Positions 22,756-35,344 of a DNA stretch of 64,000 bases are shown piece by piece. The notes under the pieces were generated by a model. The model made no database searches. It was given only the letters and a program-made list of their open reading frames with translations, and was not told where the DNA came from. The stretch is from Malacoraja senta (taxonomy: Eukaryota). Where the stretch lies: the NCBI GenBank assembly GCA_038087875.1, contig JAXLNO010000611.1, positions 1-64,000 on the forward strand, read 5' to 3'. The number at the start of each line of letters is the position of its first letter. Position 1 is the stretch's first letter. A program made the position numbers and the translations under genes.

Positions 22756-23544
22756 TCAGCTTTCGTCTATATATATTTTTAAAAAGGATAATGCTGACTG
22801 ATCGTGCACAATTGTGACGGCTTGATTTGAAAGACAGGACAGGGTCATTCCCTGGGGATTCGGGTGGTTGGAAGAGGTTTCGTCTGTGTTTTTCCCCTCG
22901 GTTGTTCGGGGAGGGAGGCGGCGGCACTCGGCCCGTCGGGGCTAGGATGCGCGGGAGGAAGGCTGAGCTTGGATTGAGGCATGGAAGGCTGAGCTCGCCT
23001 CCCCTGCCCCGACCCGCATCCGGTCCACCACCGAGGGGGAAGCATGCAAACTCCACACGGACAGTGTCGGTGGTGGCCCTGCCCGGAGACAGGCTCTTCG
23101 GCCCCTCTCGTCTCGTGCTAGCACAGGCTTCTGCAACACAATCTTGCACTGTTCTTCACTGGATATTGCATTTATTGCGTTTGTCATCACTGTATGTACA
23201 CTGTTTGCTCTGGCGGCTGCGTGTGAACGGGTGATTTTCATCGCCTCCCGATCGATGTGCAGAACAACAAACTAATGAGGCATCTGGAACACAGTTCTCC
23301 TGGGTTGCTGCAGGCTGAAGCATCAAACTACTACCCTGTTGAGCCCCGTCAGTCCCACAGCACAGAAACACACAGCCATGCCTATCGAAGCTAGTCCCAC
23401 ATGCCCACGTCTGGCCCCTCACCCTCTCTGCCTTCGCACCCATGCACCCAAGGAGATGAGGAATTTCTTTAGACGGAGGGTGGTGAATCTGCGGAATTCA
23501 TTGTCACAGAAGGCGGCGGAGGCCAAGTCACCGGGTATTGTTTA

Positions 23545-23832
23545 GATTCTAGAGATACTGGGCGGAAACAGGCCCTTCGGCCCAACGAGTCATCGCCGAC
23601 CAGTGATCACCCCGTACACTAGCTCGATCCTACACATATTAGGGACAATTTTACAGAAGCCAATTAACCTGCAAACTAGCAGGACTTTGGAATGCGGAAG
23701 GAAACCGGAGCACGCGGAGAAAACCCACGCAGATCACGGGGAGAACATGTAAACTCCGTACAGACAGCACCCATATTCAGGATGGAACCCGGGTCTCTGG
23801 CGCTGTGAGGCAGCAACACTACTGCTGCACCA
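23545..23832 (-). mobile_element. tRNA-derived SINE (HE1/V-SINE type)
   Basis: Minus strand A-box TGGTGCAGCAGTAG, B-box GGTTCCATCC, V-domain-like ggagtttacatgttctccccgtgatctgcgtgggttttctcc, CR1-like tail. Confidence 0.85.
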
Positions 23833-23914
23833 ATGTGTATTTTTGCTATCTATCATTTCATTTATTACTCACACCAGCAGAGTTGTGCACAAATGGTTCA
23901 CATTAATAATGTCA

Positions 23915-24440
23915 ATCTGAGGGGCAACCTTTCCACACAGATGGTGGTGGGTGTATGGAATGAGCTGCCGGAGGAGGTAGTTGAGGCAGGGACTATCACA
24001 ACGTTGAAGAGACACTTGCATAGGACAGGTTTGGAGGGATATGGGCCAAACGCGGGCAGGTGGGACCAGTATAGATGGGGCATGTTGTTCGGGGTGGGAC
24101 TAGTGTAGATGGGGCATGCTGGTCCAGGTGGGACTAGTGTAGATGGGGCATGTTGGTCGGGGTGGGACTAGTGTAGATGGGGCATGTTGGTCGGGGTGGG
24201 ACTAGTGTAGATGGGGCATGTTGGTCAAGGTGGGACTAGTGTAGATGGGACATGTTGGTCGGGGTGGGACTAGTGTAGATGGGGCATGTTGGTCGGGGTG
24301 GGACTAGTGTAGATGGGGCATGTTGGTCGGGGTGGGACTAGTGTACATGAGGCAATTTGGTCTTGTGGGATGTTTGGCTGAGGGAAGGGCTGTTTCCATG
24401 CTGGCCTGTGTCTATGCCTGTTTCCATGCTGTGACTCCAT
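23915..24440 (+). mobile_element. CR1-type 3' end containing a 34-bp minisatellite (~8.5 copies, 24058-24350)
   Basis: LRGNLSTQMVVGVWNELPEEVVEAGT; unit gtgggactagtgtagatggggcatgttggtcggg at 24061, 24095, 24129 and onward. Confidence 0.88.
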
Positions 24441-24636
24441 GAACTTCCAACAGTAACATTCTCCTTTCTCTGGGTCATTCATTGTTAATAAAGAAAGTTT
24501 ACTTTTCCTGTTTAAATGTCCACAGTAAAGTATAGTCAGAAGTGAACCCACCTGCTTCAGCCATGATAAATGAACAAATCATCACTATTCACTTCTCAGA
24601 CGTTAGAATTGGTCAGAACATTCCCCCCACCGTGAG

Positions 24637-24803
24637 TGTTAGGTATGGGATATAATTAGCATAATTAGTATATGTGATGTCTTGTGAAGTACGCATGTGC
24701 AGGAGGAGACTCAAGGTGGAGTTCTGGGAATAAAGACGGGTTTAAGATTACTCCCGTGTCTGAGCCTTATTGAAGTCTGTTCCAAGCATCCAAATACTCA
24801 ACA
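24637..24803 (+). repeat. 5' LTR (167 bp)
   Basis: tgttaggtatgg...aataaa...caaca; differs from 3' LTR by 4 substitutions and 1 indel by manual comparison. Confidence 0.95.
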
Positions 24804-24804
24804 A

Positions 24805-24819
24805 TAGGCGACGAGGATG
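24805..24819 (+). promoter_or_regulatory. Primer binding site, tRNA-Ser(GCT)-like
   Basis: taggcgacgaggatg next to the LTR end versus expected TGGCGACGAGGATGG. Confidence 0.75.
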
Positions 24820-27800
24820 AAAAGAACGAAGATAAGAACAAGGACAGCCAAGAAAATCGAAAACAAGTTGAAAATAGAGGTATTTTGGAAAAAAATGTTG
24901 GAACAGCACCAAGCCAAAACATTTGGCGGCCAGATGGTTTTGAATTGGCGCCAAAAAGAAAAAAAGGAACGCATCCAACAGCCAAGCCCAAGCAGCAGTC
25001 ACTGACAGAAACCACCGACAGAAACAGAGTCAGCCCGGTCGGAGGAGAAAGCTGAGAAAGCCGACCACGAGAGAGGCACAGTCCCGACGCTGCGGGACAG
25101 GATGTAGAGCAAATCAGGAAGATTGGAAAGTCCCGGGATGATTGTAACCCCGTCCATCAGATCCAAAGGAAGGAACCTGGACTAAAAGGGACAAGGAGTC
25201 CTCCAAGGGCATCCAGAGACAAGGAGCTGAGACTGAAGAAGACACGGAGTCCACCAAGGTCATCCCAACACAAAATTACCAACCCCAAGAGGTGCTGGAG
25301 ATGTGGCGGTAGCCATGAGCCGGCAATGTGTAGGTTCCGAGATAGTAAGTGCTTCAGGTGCTCGGGAACGGGTCACACCAAAAGCCAGTGTGATGCGGTT
25401 AGAGCCTACCAGCAGGGGAGAAGACGATTATGGAAAAAGGCAAACGGCTTGGAGGAGATTGATTCGGATTCATTAGAGTATGATATAGACCACTTGTACG
25501 ATGAATCAATTAACAAATTGTCGAACGCTGAACCGTATACGACCACTGTGATAATGACCGGCAAGGAGGTACAAATGGAAGTGGACACGGGACGTCCATG
25601 GACTATAGTACCAGAGGAAGCCTTCAAAAAACTCGGTCGGAAACCCAGACTGGATGCCTGTTGCCTTAAACTAAAATCCTACACAGGAGAGAAGGTGGAC
25701 ATTATCGGAAAAGCAGCGGTACAGGTAGAGCTCCATCCTCACTGGAAGCCAGAAATGCTGACCATAGTGGTGGTCACGGAAGGGGCAAGCCTAATGGGAA
25801 GAGATGGTTGGGGAAGTACCCTGAATTGCTGTCAACTATGGCCAGCCAACAAACGCCGGGTTCAAGTCTAAGGCCACCGAGTAGGCTACACAATTTGCGA
25901 GAGGCTTTGGGCTCAGTACTAAACAAGCACACCAAGCTGTTTGATATCAGCACCCATGGAGTACTGACGGGCTACCCACAAGACGGAAACAGTGGGGCAA
26001 AATTTTACAAAGCAGCGCCAGTGTCATATGCAGCTAGGAAGCAAATAGATGCCACATTAGATGACCAGCTGCAGGAGGGCATTAGCAAGCCAGTGAAGAC
26101 AGCATATCTTGCATGCCCAATCATATCTGTTAAGAAAGCGAATGGGGGCATGAGAGTGTGGCAATTACAAGCTCACAGCAAACAAGGTGCTGAAGGTGGA
26201 ACAGTATCCACTTCCAACATTGGAGGATCTCCTGCAGGAACTAGAAGGAGGAGAGAAGTTCTCTAAATTCGACCTCTCCCATGCCTATCATCAGATAGAG
26301 TTAGACCAGACGCTCGGAGGTACACCACCATTAATACACACAAAGGGCTCTTTGAATATACTAAATTACCTTTTGGGATATCTAGCGCACCAGCCATGTT
26401 CCAAAGAATAATGGCGAGCCTGCTAGCGGACATTCCCATGTGCAAGCCCAACTGGATGATATCATCATCAGCGGAAGAACTGACGAAGAGCACCTCAAGA
26501 ACCTGGAAGCGGTCCTATCAAGACTAGAAACCAGTGAGTTGCGTCTGAAGAGGGAGAAGTGTGCACTGATGCAGGAGTCCGTGGACTATCTCGGACATCG
26601 ACTGAGCCGGAAGGGCCTTCGTCCGCTTCAAGACAAAGTCGAGGCGGTGCGGGAAGCCAAGCGACCAGTGAACCAAAGCCAAACTGCAGGCATACCTGGG
26701 ATTACTGGGATATTACCGGAAGTTTATTCCCAACCTGTCACAGCAGATTGCACCGTTGATTCTAATGCTGAAGGAAGAGTACCGGTCAGCGGAGTCGAAG
26801 AATGGGAAGAGAAGCGGCAAGCCTGATCCCCGGTTCAAATGGGGAAAGGAACAAGAGCAGGCATTCCAGAGATCAAAGCGTCTCCTGCAGAGTGACAGTG
26901 TGGGCTGATGCATTACGATCCAGCCAAAACAATCCTGCTCCAAACGGATGCAAGCCCCTATGGCTTGGGTGCTGTGATAAGCCATGTGGATTCAGAGGGA
27001 CAGGAACGTCCAATAGCATTTGCCTCACACACTCTCAAGCCCAGCGAAGTGAATTACGCACAATATGAGAAGGAGGGTTTATCTATCATCTTTGGACTAA
27101 AAAAAGTTCCACAAGCAGCTACATGGGAGGTCTTTCACCATTGTAACTGATCATAAGCCTCTGATGGCACTATTTGGAGATCACAAGCCCGCAAGCCCAA
27201 TGGCATCGGCCCGGGTAGCAAGATGGCATATGATCCTGTCTGCCTACAGTTATAGGATTGTCCATCGGGAAGGCAGGAGACACCAGAATGCCGACGCGTT
27301 GTCGTGCTTGCCAATCCACAAAGAGGACTCTTCGTGGAACCACCCTGAGCTCGCGGAGCTCGATGAAGCACCAGTGCACGCATCAACTTGCTCACCGATC
27401 TGGACACGCGTCCGGTTGAGGCACGGGAACTGAAAAGAGCTGCCAGAAAGGCCAAAGTCCTCTCAAAGGTGAGGAACCACATTATGCAAGGGTGGCCAAG
27501 TACAAGGAATCTTCCAGGGAAGTAAAGCCCTTTGCCAGCAACAGAGAAGAGCTGTCAATGGAGGATGACGTTATCCTGTGGGGATCACGAGTGGTCATAC
27601 CAGATAACATGGAGATGAGGACTAGAATCCTTGAAGAACTGCATAGCACGCACCCAGGCATCGTGAAAAAGAAGGCCTTGACCAGATCATATGTCTGGTG
27701 GCCAGGGATTAACAAAGAGTTGGAACAACAAGTAAGAAGTTATCCAGGCTGTCAGCAGAGTCAACATAATCCAGTGGCAGCCCAAATCCACCCGTGGGAG

Positions 27801-28994
27801 TTCCCGGAGAAACCCTGGAGTAGGATTCACTGTGACTATGCAAGCCTGGACGAGGAGAATTTGCTGATTGTGGTCGATGCTCACAGCAAATGGATTGAAG
27901 CCATTCGAGTGCGACACGCAACAACAGCAGCAACAGTGAGGGCCCTGAGACGGTTGTTTGCAACTCACGGGTTACCGGAAACGGTGGTCACGGACAATGA
28001 TATGCAGTTTGTTTCGGAAGAGTTTGCCCGGTTCCTCAGCAGTAGCAACATCTGCCATATCCAAACATCATCTAAACACCCGTCCAGCAACGGACTAGCC
28101 GAAAGAAGTGTACAGACGGTGAAAGCAGGTGTGAAAAAAGGGAAAGGATCGGATCTGGAAATAAAGCTCCAGAGGTTCTTATTGATGTACAGAGTCACAC
28201 CTCAAGAAACGACGGAAAGTCACCTAGTGAACTGATGTTCAGACGGAAAATCCGCACTAAACTTGACAGTCTGCGACCCGATCTCTGCAAATCTGTTCGA
28301 AGGATGCAAGGTTCAATGAAACAGACAGCAGATCGAGGAAGCAAGGGACGAGTCTTTGAAGTGAATGACCATGTCATGGTCAAGAACTTCACTTCCGGCC
28401 CTACTTGGCTTTATGGAATGATAGAAGAAGTCATCGGTGAGGTCATGTACAATGTAAAGTTGAATGACGAAAGAGTCCTGCGTCGTCATGTCGATCAAAT
28501 AAGAGCATACTGGCCAAACAGTAAGGAGCATGCGAACATCCAGCCAAGAGAAGGGGGTCAACCAATCGAAAAGCCGCTGATAGTTTTGACTGCTCCCACA
28601 GCTAGTGTAGATCCTGAAGGAAAGTCAGAGAGCGGGGTACCTCTAGCCCTTAGTGATAGTACGTTATCACAGCCAGAGCCGGAGGTCTCAGATAACGGAC
28701 AAAGTCCGACACAGCCAGAGAGACGCAGGTCTGGGAGGATAAAAAGACCACCCCAACAGATTTGGGGATTACGTTCTGTATAAATGATATCCCATAGAGT
28801 AAGGGGTAAGGAATTTAGTTTAAGGGAGAAGAGTGGAAGGTAAAGTTAAGTGTTAAGTTAGGTCGAACTATTACGGTTACTAGGATGTATTCTGAGATGA
28901 TTTTACAAATACAATTGGGGGAACAGTATTCGTCAATAATATTTAGATTAAGGGCATATACAGGGTTGGTTAAATGGTGACCTACCTCCGAGTT

Positions 28995-29007
28995 AAAAGG
29001 GGAGGAG
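28995..29007 (+). promoter_or_regulatory. Polypurine tract
   Basis: aaaaggggaggag immediately before the 3' LTR. Confidence 0.9.
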
Positions 29008-29173
29008 TGTTAGGTATGGGATATAATTAGCATAATTAGTATATGTGATGTCTTGTGAAGTACACATGTGCAGGAGGAGACTCAAGGTGGAGTTCTGGAA
29101 TAAAGACGTGTGTAAGATTACTCCCGTGTCTGAGCCTTATTGAAGTCTGTTCCAAGCATCCAAATACACAACA
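29008..29173 (+). repeat. 3' LTR (166 bp)
   Basis: Near-identical copy of 24637-24803 followed by TSD gtgag. Confidence 0.95.
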
Positions 29174-29424
29174 GTGAGCCTTGACACCAATGCCCCTCGG
29201 GGTCATGACCTTCCTACCCGCAACCTGTGGCCAGGTCTCAGGCCAATGGGATCCAGACGTCCGTCCACTGGTCAGAACACTATTTCAGCCACATGAGCAG
29301 CAAAGATGAGATAGAATATGGAAAGACATTGAGAAACTTCTGTCCTGAAGGGCCGAATGGCCTACTCCTGCACCTATTGTCAGGATAACAATCCATCCCT
29401 CAACACCAGCAAGACAAAAGAGTT

Positions 29425-29895
29425 AGCGTTTACAAGAACGATCCCAGGAATGAGTGGGTTAACGTACAATGAGCGTTTGTCCGCACTGGGCCTGTACTCG
29501 CTGGAGTTTAGAAGATTGGGGGGGGGGGACCTCATTGAAACTTCACCGAACAGTGAAAGGACCGGATAGAGTGGATGTGGAGAGGTTGTTTCCACTAGTG
29601 GGAGAGTCTAGGACCAGAGGGCACAGCCTCAGACTTAAAGGACGTCCCTTTAGGAAGGAGATGAGGTGGAATTTCTTTAGCCAGAGTGTGGTGAATCTGT
29701 GGGATTCGTTGCCACAGACGGCGGTGGAGGCCACAAGTCAGTGGGTATATTTAAGTCAGTGATAGATAGATTGTTGATTAGTGCAGGCGTCAGGGGTTAT
29801 GGGGAGAAGGCAGGAGAATGGGGTTACGAGGGAGAGATAGATCAACCATGATTGAATGGTGGGGTAGACACGATGGGCCGAATGGCCTAATTCCG
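29425..29895 (+). mobile_element. CR1 LINE 3' fragment
   Basis: FTRTIPGMSGLTYNERL, LEFRRL, ESRTRGHSLRLKG, 3' UTR. Confidence 0.88.
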
Positions 29896-30358
29896 AATCT
29901 GTGTGTCGTCTCTGACTTCAGGAAATGCAAGCAGCCACGTTGTGCAAAGAGCAATTAATCAACTGAGGGCAATTATTGTCCCGCCGACAACTACTGCCCC
30001 ATGTGGATATCATGATGTGTGCAACAAACATTGATTGGCCACTGGTGGGCGAATGGTTAATGTGGTAATTGGCTTGATTGAAGCTGATTAGGAAATGGTC
30101 AGCTGCTGTGTATAAAAAGGGGAGAGTTGTGGGAGTGTCTGAGTGCAGTTGTACTAGCCTGTGGATGGGAGCAGTGGTCCTGGCCTGTGGATGGGAGCAG
30201 TGGTCCTGGGCTATCGTTGGGAGCAGTGCTCAGCGTAGAGACAGGGAGCCTCCCCTTGTGTCTGATGTGGTCGGTGCAACAGCAGCCAACTAGGATTACT
30301 TTAACCAGGGAATGTAACCTGGTCCAAAACAAAGTGTTGGAGGTACTTGGCACCATCT

Positions 30359-33300
30359 CAAGTCAAGTCAAGTGAGTTTATTGTCATGTGTCCATGGTAG
30401 GACAATGAAATTCTTGCTTTGCTTGAGCACAACAGAACATAGTAGGCATTTACTACAAGGCATTCTATAAATATATACACAATGGTTAATATACTGATCA
30501 AGTGCAAATAACAGTATTGGCTAATAAAGTTCAGTGTTATGTCCGAGCCAGGTTTAATAGCCTGATGCTGTGGGGAGGTAGCTGTTCCTGAACCTGGTCG
30601 TTGCAGTCTTCAGGCTCCTGTACCTTCTACCTGAAGGTAGTAGGGAGATGAGTGTGTGGCCAGGATGGTGTGGGTCCTTGATGATGCTGCCAGCCTTTTT
30701 GAGGCAGCGACTGTGGTAGATCCCCTCGATGGAAGGGAGGTCAGAGCCGATGATGGACTGGGCAGTGTTTACTACTTTTTGTAGTCTTTTCCTCTCCAGG
30801 GCACTCAAGTTGCCGAACCAAGCCACGATGCAACCGGTCAGCATGCTCTCTACTGTGCACCTGTAGAAGTTAGAGAGAGTCCTCCTTGACAAACCGACTC
30901 TCCGTAATCTTCTCAAGAAGTAGAGGCGCTGATGTGCTTTCTTAATAATGGCATCATTGTTCTCGGACCAGGAAAGTCTTCAGAGATGTGCACGCCCAGG
31001 AATTTGAAGCTCTTGACCCTTTCAACCATCGACCCGTTGATATAAACGGGACTGTGGGTCCCCATCCTACTCCTTCCAAAGTCCACAATCAGTTCCTTGG
31101 TTTTACTGGTGTTGAGGGCCAGGTTGTTGTGCTGGCACCATATGGACAGTTGCTCGATCTCTCTTCTATACTCTGACTCATACCCATCAGTGATACGTTC
31201 CACAACAGTGGTGTCATCAGCGAACTTGATGATGGAGTTCGCACTTTGTCTGGCTACGCAGTCATGAGTATAGAGTGAGTACAGCAGGGGACTGAGCACG
31301 CAGCCTTGAGGTGCTCCCGTGCTAATTGTTATAGAGTCTGACACATTTCCACCAATACGAACAGACTGTGGTCTGAGTGTGAGGAAGTCGAGGATCCAAT
31401 TGCAGAGTGATGCGCAGAGACCCAGTTCTGCGAGTTTGGTAACCAGCTTGGAGGGGATGATTGTGTTAAATGCCGAGCTGTAATCGATGAATAACAGCCT
31501 GACATATGTTTTTGTTGTCCAAGTGCTCCAGAGCGGAGTGGAGGGCCAGCGAGATCGCATCCACCGTTGATCTGTTGTGGCGGTAAGCGAACTGCAGTGG
31601 GTCCAGGTTTTTGTCGAGGTAGGAGTTGATCTGCGTCATGATCAACCTCTCAAAGCACTTCATCACCACAGGCGTTAGTGCAACAGGTCGATAGTCAATG
31701 AGGCACGTCACCTTACTCTTCTTGGGCACTGGTATAATTGATGCCCTTTTGAAGCAGGTGGGGACCTCAGACCTCAGAAGTGAGAGGTTGAAAATGTCCG
31801 TAAAAACTCCAGCCAGTTGGTTCGCACAGGTTTTTAGAACGCGACCAGGTATACCATCAGGTCCAAGCGCTTTTCGAGGGTTCACCCCTCTGAAGGATTT
31901 CCTGACGTCGGCCTCTGTGACTGAGACTGAAATACCATCACAGCGAATGGGGGCTCGGCAAGGCACATCGGTGTTCTCCCTATCAAAGCTTGCGTAAAAC
32001 GCATTGAGCTCATCGGGGAGTGATGTTTCGCCGACATTCGAGCTGCCTCCTGATTTCGCCTTGTAAGAGGTGATTGCATTCAGGCCCTGCCACAGCCGCC
32101 GAACATCAGTCTCTTCCTCCAGTTTGGAGCAGAAGTCCCTTTTGGCCTTTTTGATGGCCTTACCAAGGTCGTATCTGGACTCCTTGTAGGCCACTGTATC
32201 ATCAGACATGAATGCCCGGTGTCTGGACTTCAGAAGAGTGCGGATCTCTTGCAAGGTTTCTGATTGGGAAACGCTCGGAAGGTTTTGGTGGGGATGCAGT
32301 CCTCCACACACTTCTTAATGAAGTCTGTAACGACTGTGGCGTATTCGTTCAGGTCCGTTGCCGAGTCCTTGAACATTGCCCAGTCTACAGACTCCAAACT
32401 TAGGCAGTGAAGAAAGCGAATGGTATGTTGGCCTTCATAGCAAGAGGATTTGAGTATAGGAGCAGCGAGGTTCTACTGCAGTTGTACAGGGTCTTGGTGA
32501 GACCACACCTGGAGTATTGCGTACAGTTTTGGTCTCCAAATCTGAGGAAGGACATTATAGCCATAGAGGGAGTGCAGAAAAGGTTCACCAGACTGATTCC
32601 TGGGATGTCAGGACTTTCATATGAAGAAAGACTGGATAAACTTGGCTTATACTCGCTAGAATTTAGGAGATTGAGAGGGGATCTTATAGAAACGTACAAG
32701 ATTCTTATGGGGATGGACAGGCTAGATGCAGGAAGATTGTTCCCGATGTTGGGGAAGTCCAGGACAAGGGGTCACAGCTTAAGGATAAGGGGGAAATCCT
32801 TTAAGACCGAGATGAGGAAAAACTTTTTCACACAGAGAGTGGTGAATCTCTGGAACTCTCTGCCACAGAGGGTAGTTGAGGCCAGTTCATTGGCTATATT
32901 TAAGAGGGAATTAGATGTGGCCCTTGTGGCTAAAGGGATCAGGGGGTATGGAGAGAAGGCAGGTACGGGATACTGAGTTGGATGATCAGCCATGATCGTA
33001 TTGAGTGGCGGTGCAGGCTCGAAGGGCCGAATGGCCTACTCCTGCACCTAATTTCTATGTATCTATGTATCTATGTAAACAGTCCTGGAGTTGTTCCTCT
33101 GCCCCCCCCCCCGACCAGCTCTGTACTGTCCTCACCTCTGGGGGTGCACTCTTTAATTGCTGCCTGTATGCAGGAAGAAGCAGCACCGCGGTATGGTCGG
33201 ATTTACCGAAGTGAGGGCGAGGGATAGAGCGATAGGCATTCTTGATGGTGGTGCAGCAGTGGTCGAGGGTGTTTGGTCCTCTGGTGCAGCAGGAGACATG

Positions 33301-34357
33301 TTGGTGGAAGTTAGGGAGTGATTTCTTTAGGTTTGCCTTATTGAAGTCCCCGGCTATGGTGGTAAACGCCTCGGGGTAAGACGTCTGGTGTTTGTTGACC
33401 ACGGCGTGCAGCTCCCCCAGTGCCAGACGGACTTCTGCCTGGGGTGGGATGTAGACCGCGGTCAGGATGATGGAGGTGAATTCCCTCGGAAGGTAGAAGG
33501 GACGACACTTCACCGCCAGATGTTCGAGGTGTGGAGAGCAGGAGTTGGACAGGACTGCCACGTCTGAGCACCACGCAGAGTTGACCATGAGGCAGACGCC
33601 CCCTCCTCTCCCTTTCCCAGATGCCAGTGTACGGTCCATACGATGGATGGAGAACCCTTCAGGCTGGACCGCTGAATCTGGGGAGCTGGGGGTGAGCCAT
33701 GTCTCTGTGAAACAGAACACAGAGCATTCCCTCAGCTCCCTTTGATAAAGCAGTCTTGCCCTTAAGTCCTCCACTTTATTTTCAAGGGACTGTACGTTGG
33801 CCAGTAGGATAGTAGGGAGAGGGGGCCGAAGTCCCCTGCGCTTCAGTCTGACCTGAAGTCCTGCCCGTCGGCCACGTTTCCGGACACAATGGAGGCTTCC
33901 CCTTTGTTTCCAGGTGCTGAGTTTCCTGTACCTGCTGTTTCTGCGGACCTGCGCTGGAACGGGGATTCCTTCACAGACGGCAGCTCCAGCTCCGTAACGA
34001 ACGGGGGTACCTTCAAAGTCGGCAGCTCCAGCTCCGTTGTTCCTGGGAGATCCGGCCCGTGGGCTCTGCAAGTCATCCCGGGGTTCCCAGGTACAGTACC
34101 TGGGATCCTCAATCTGGTCGGGAGTTCTGCAGCCAGCGTGGGAAAATTTAAAGTCCGGGGCTCCCGCAGCTGCTAGAGATCGCGAAATTGCCAGCGCTTT
34201 CAGTTGCCCAAGCAGCTTGTCTGAAACGGCACCGATTACTGCCGTTTCCCTGATGCAGGTGAGTTGATAGAAGTTGTAGGTGAACCTTTTCTGTTCTGGT
34301 GCTCCGCAAAAGTCGCCGCAGGCAGGCGCCATCTTGGGATATCGATCTACTCGATCA
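30359..34357 (-). mobile_element. Full-length Rex1/Babar-type LINE (second subfamily), interrupted by a CR1
   Basis: APE ORF 33055-34365 (LANVQSL, FTETWL, AGDFN, SDH), RT ORFs 31466-32311 and 30913-31560 ([24 protein letters not shown]), TGACAATAAA plus (CTTGA)n tail, GGCACCATCT at 30349-30358 and 34358-34367. Confidence 0.93.
32400..33076 (+). mobile_element. 5'-truncated young CR1 inserted in Rex1
   Basis: Open 189-aa CR1 ORF2 C-terminus, (TATCTATG)n tail, AAAC duplicated at 32396-32399 and 33077-33080; Rex1 LQDCL/ESVDW is split. Confidence 0.93.
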
Positions 34358-34694
34358 GGCACCATCTACCCGACCACAAAGGGAATGGACAGATGCTGTC
34401 GTTTCCTGTTGGGACCCTTTCAGACTGATGGAGTCGGGCAGAGAAAGTGGGAAAGAGGTGGGAGCAGGACAAAGCCTGTTATGTGAATAGTGGATACAGG
34501 GGAGAGGGTGATGGGTTGTGACATTGGCTAGGAGTGACAAGGAGACAAAAGGTGCAACAGATGAGAAGAGTGAAACGTAAAGCTGGAGGGAGGGATACGG
34601 GTGGAAGGGGATAGAGTGAAATATGAGACTGGTTTGGGAGGTGAGCATACAGAGGGAAGGAGCAGAGTGATCAAGGTGTTGAGGGAAGTGTTCA

Positions 34695-34970
34695 CACCAG
34701 GGTGGGGGTACAGGGAAAGAGGGGGTTCCCATCATCAGGTTGGGGGTGCAGAGAAAGAGGGGGTTCCCCTCACCAGGGTGGGGCTGCAGGGAAAGAAGGG
34801 GGTTCCCATCACCAGGGTGGAGGTGCAGGGAAAGAGGGGGTTCCCATCATCAGTGTGGGGGTGCAGGGAAAGAGGGGGTTCCCATCACCAGGGTGGGGTG
34901 CAGGGAAAGAGAGGGTTCACATCACCAGGGCGGGGGTGCAGGGAAAGAGGGGGTTCCCATCACCAGGGTG
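34695..34970. repeat. 38-39 bp G-rich minisatellite (~7 copies)
   Basis: caccagggtgggggtgcagggaaagagggggttcccat at 34695, 34733, 34771, 34810 and onward. Confidence 0.9.
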
Positions 34971-35344
34971 CTGATTTCCCACATCCATGCCACATTTCCC
35001 TTGTATCCCCTCCCATGTCCCATTCACCCATAAACCTCCCTCTGGCTTCATCTTCCACACCTCTCCCCTTCTTATCCAACATGTTTTATCACTTTCACCT
35101 CTGGCCTTTGTCACTTATTCCATCCATCTGCCAATCACCCACCCCCACATGTCAGGCTTTGTCCCACCCCCACTTTCCATCTTTCTCCGCTACTCCAGTC
35201 TGAAGGTTTCCACTCCAAAATGTCATCTGTGTATGTCCCCCACAGATGCTGCCTGACCCTCAGAGTTCCTCCAGCACTTCTGCTCAACATTCCAGCACCC
35301 TGAAATACAAGGAACGTGACCACAATGCAATTAGGAAAAGACAT

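Larger units (their letters stand above)
24637..29173 (+). mobile_element. Ty3/Gypsy LTR retrotransposon with both LTRs, degenerate gag-pol
   Basis: LTRs 24637-24803 and 29008-29173 (TG...CA), GTGAG TSD at 24632-24636 and 29174-29178, PBS, PPT; two zinc knuckles, VDTG protease, RT, TDAS RNase H, HHCC plus DDE integrase in PR-RT-RH-IN order. Confidence 0.97.

Noticed and set aside
22800..23440. GC-rich ORFs of 95-144 aa as host exons
   Set aside because: No recognisable protein motifs, includes SINE fragments, no convincing splice pair
23760..23832. tRNA gene
   Set aside because: The A/B boxes belong to the head of an HE1/V-SINE; no complete cloverleaf
30060..30300. TATAAAA with 26-bp duplication as a gene promoter or solo LTR
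   Set aside because: No LTR termini, TSD or downstream gene found; more likely a decayed retroelement 5' region
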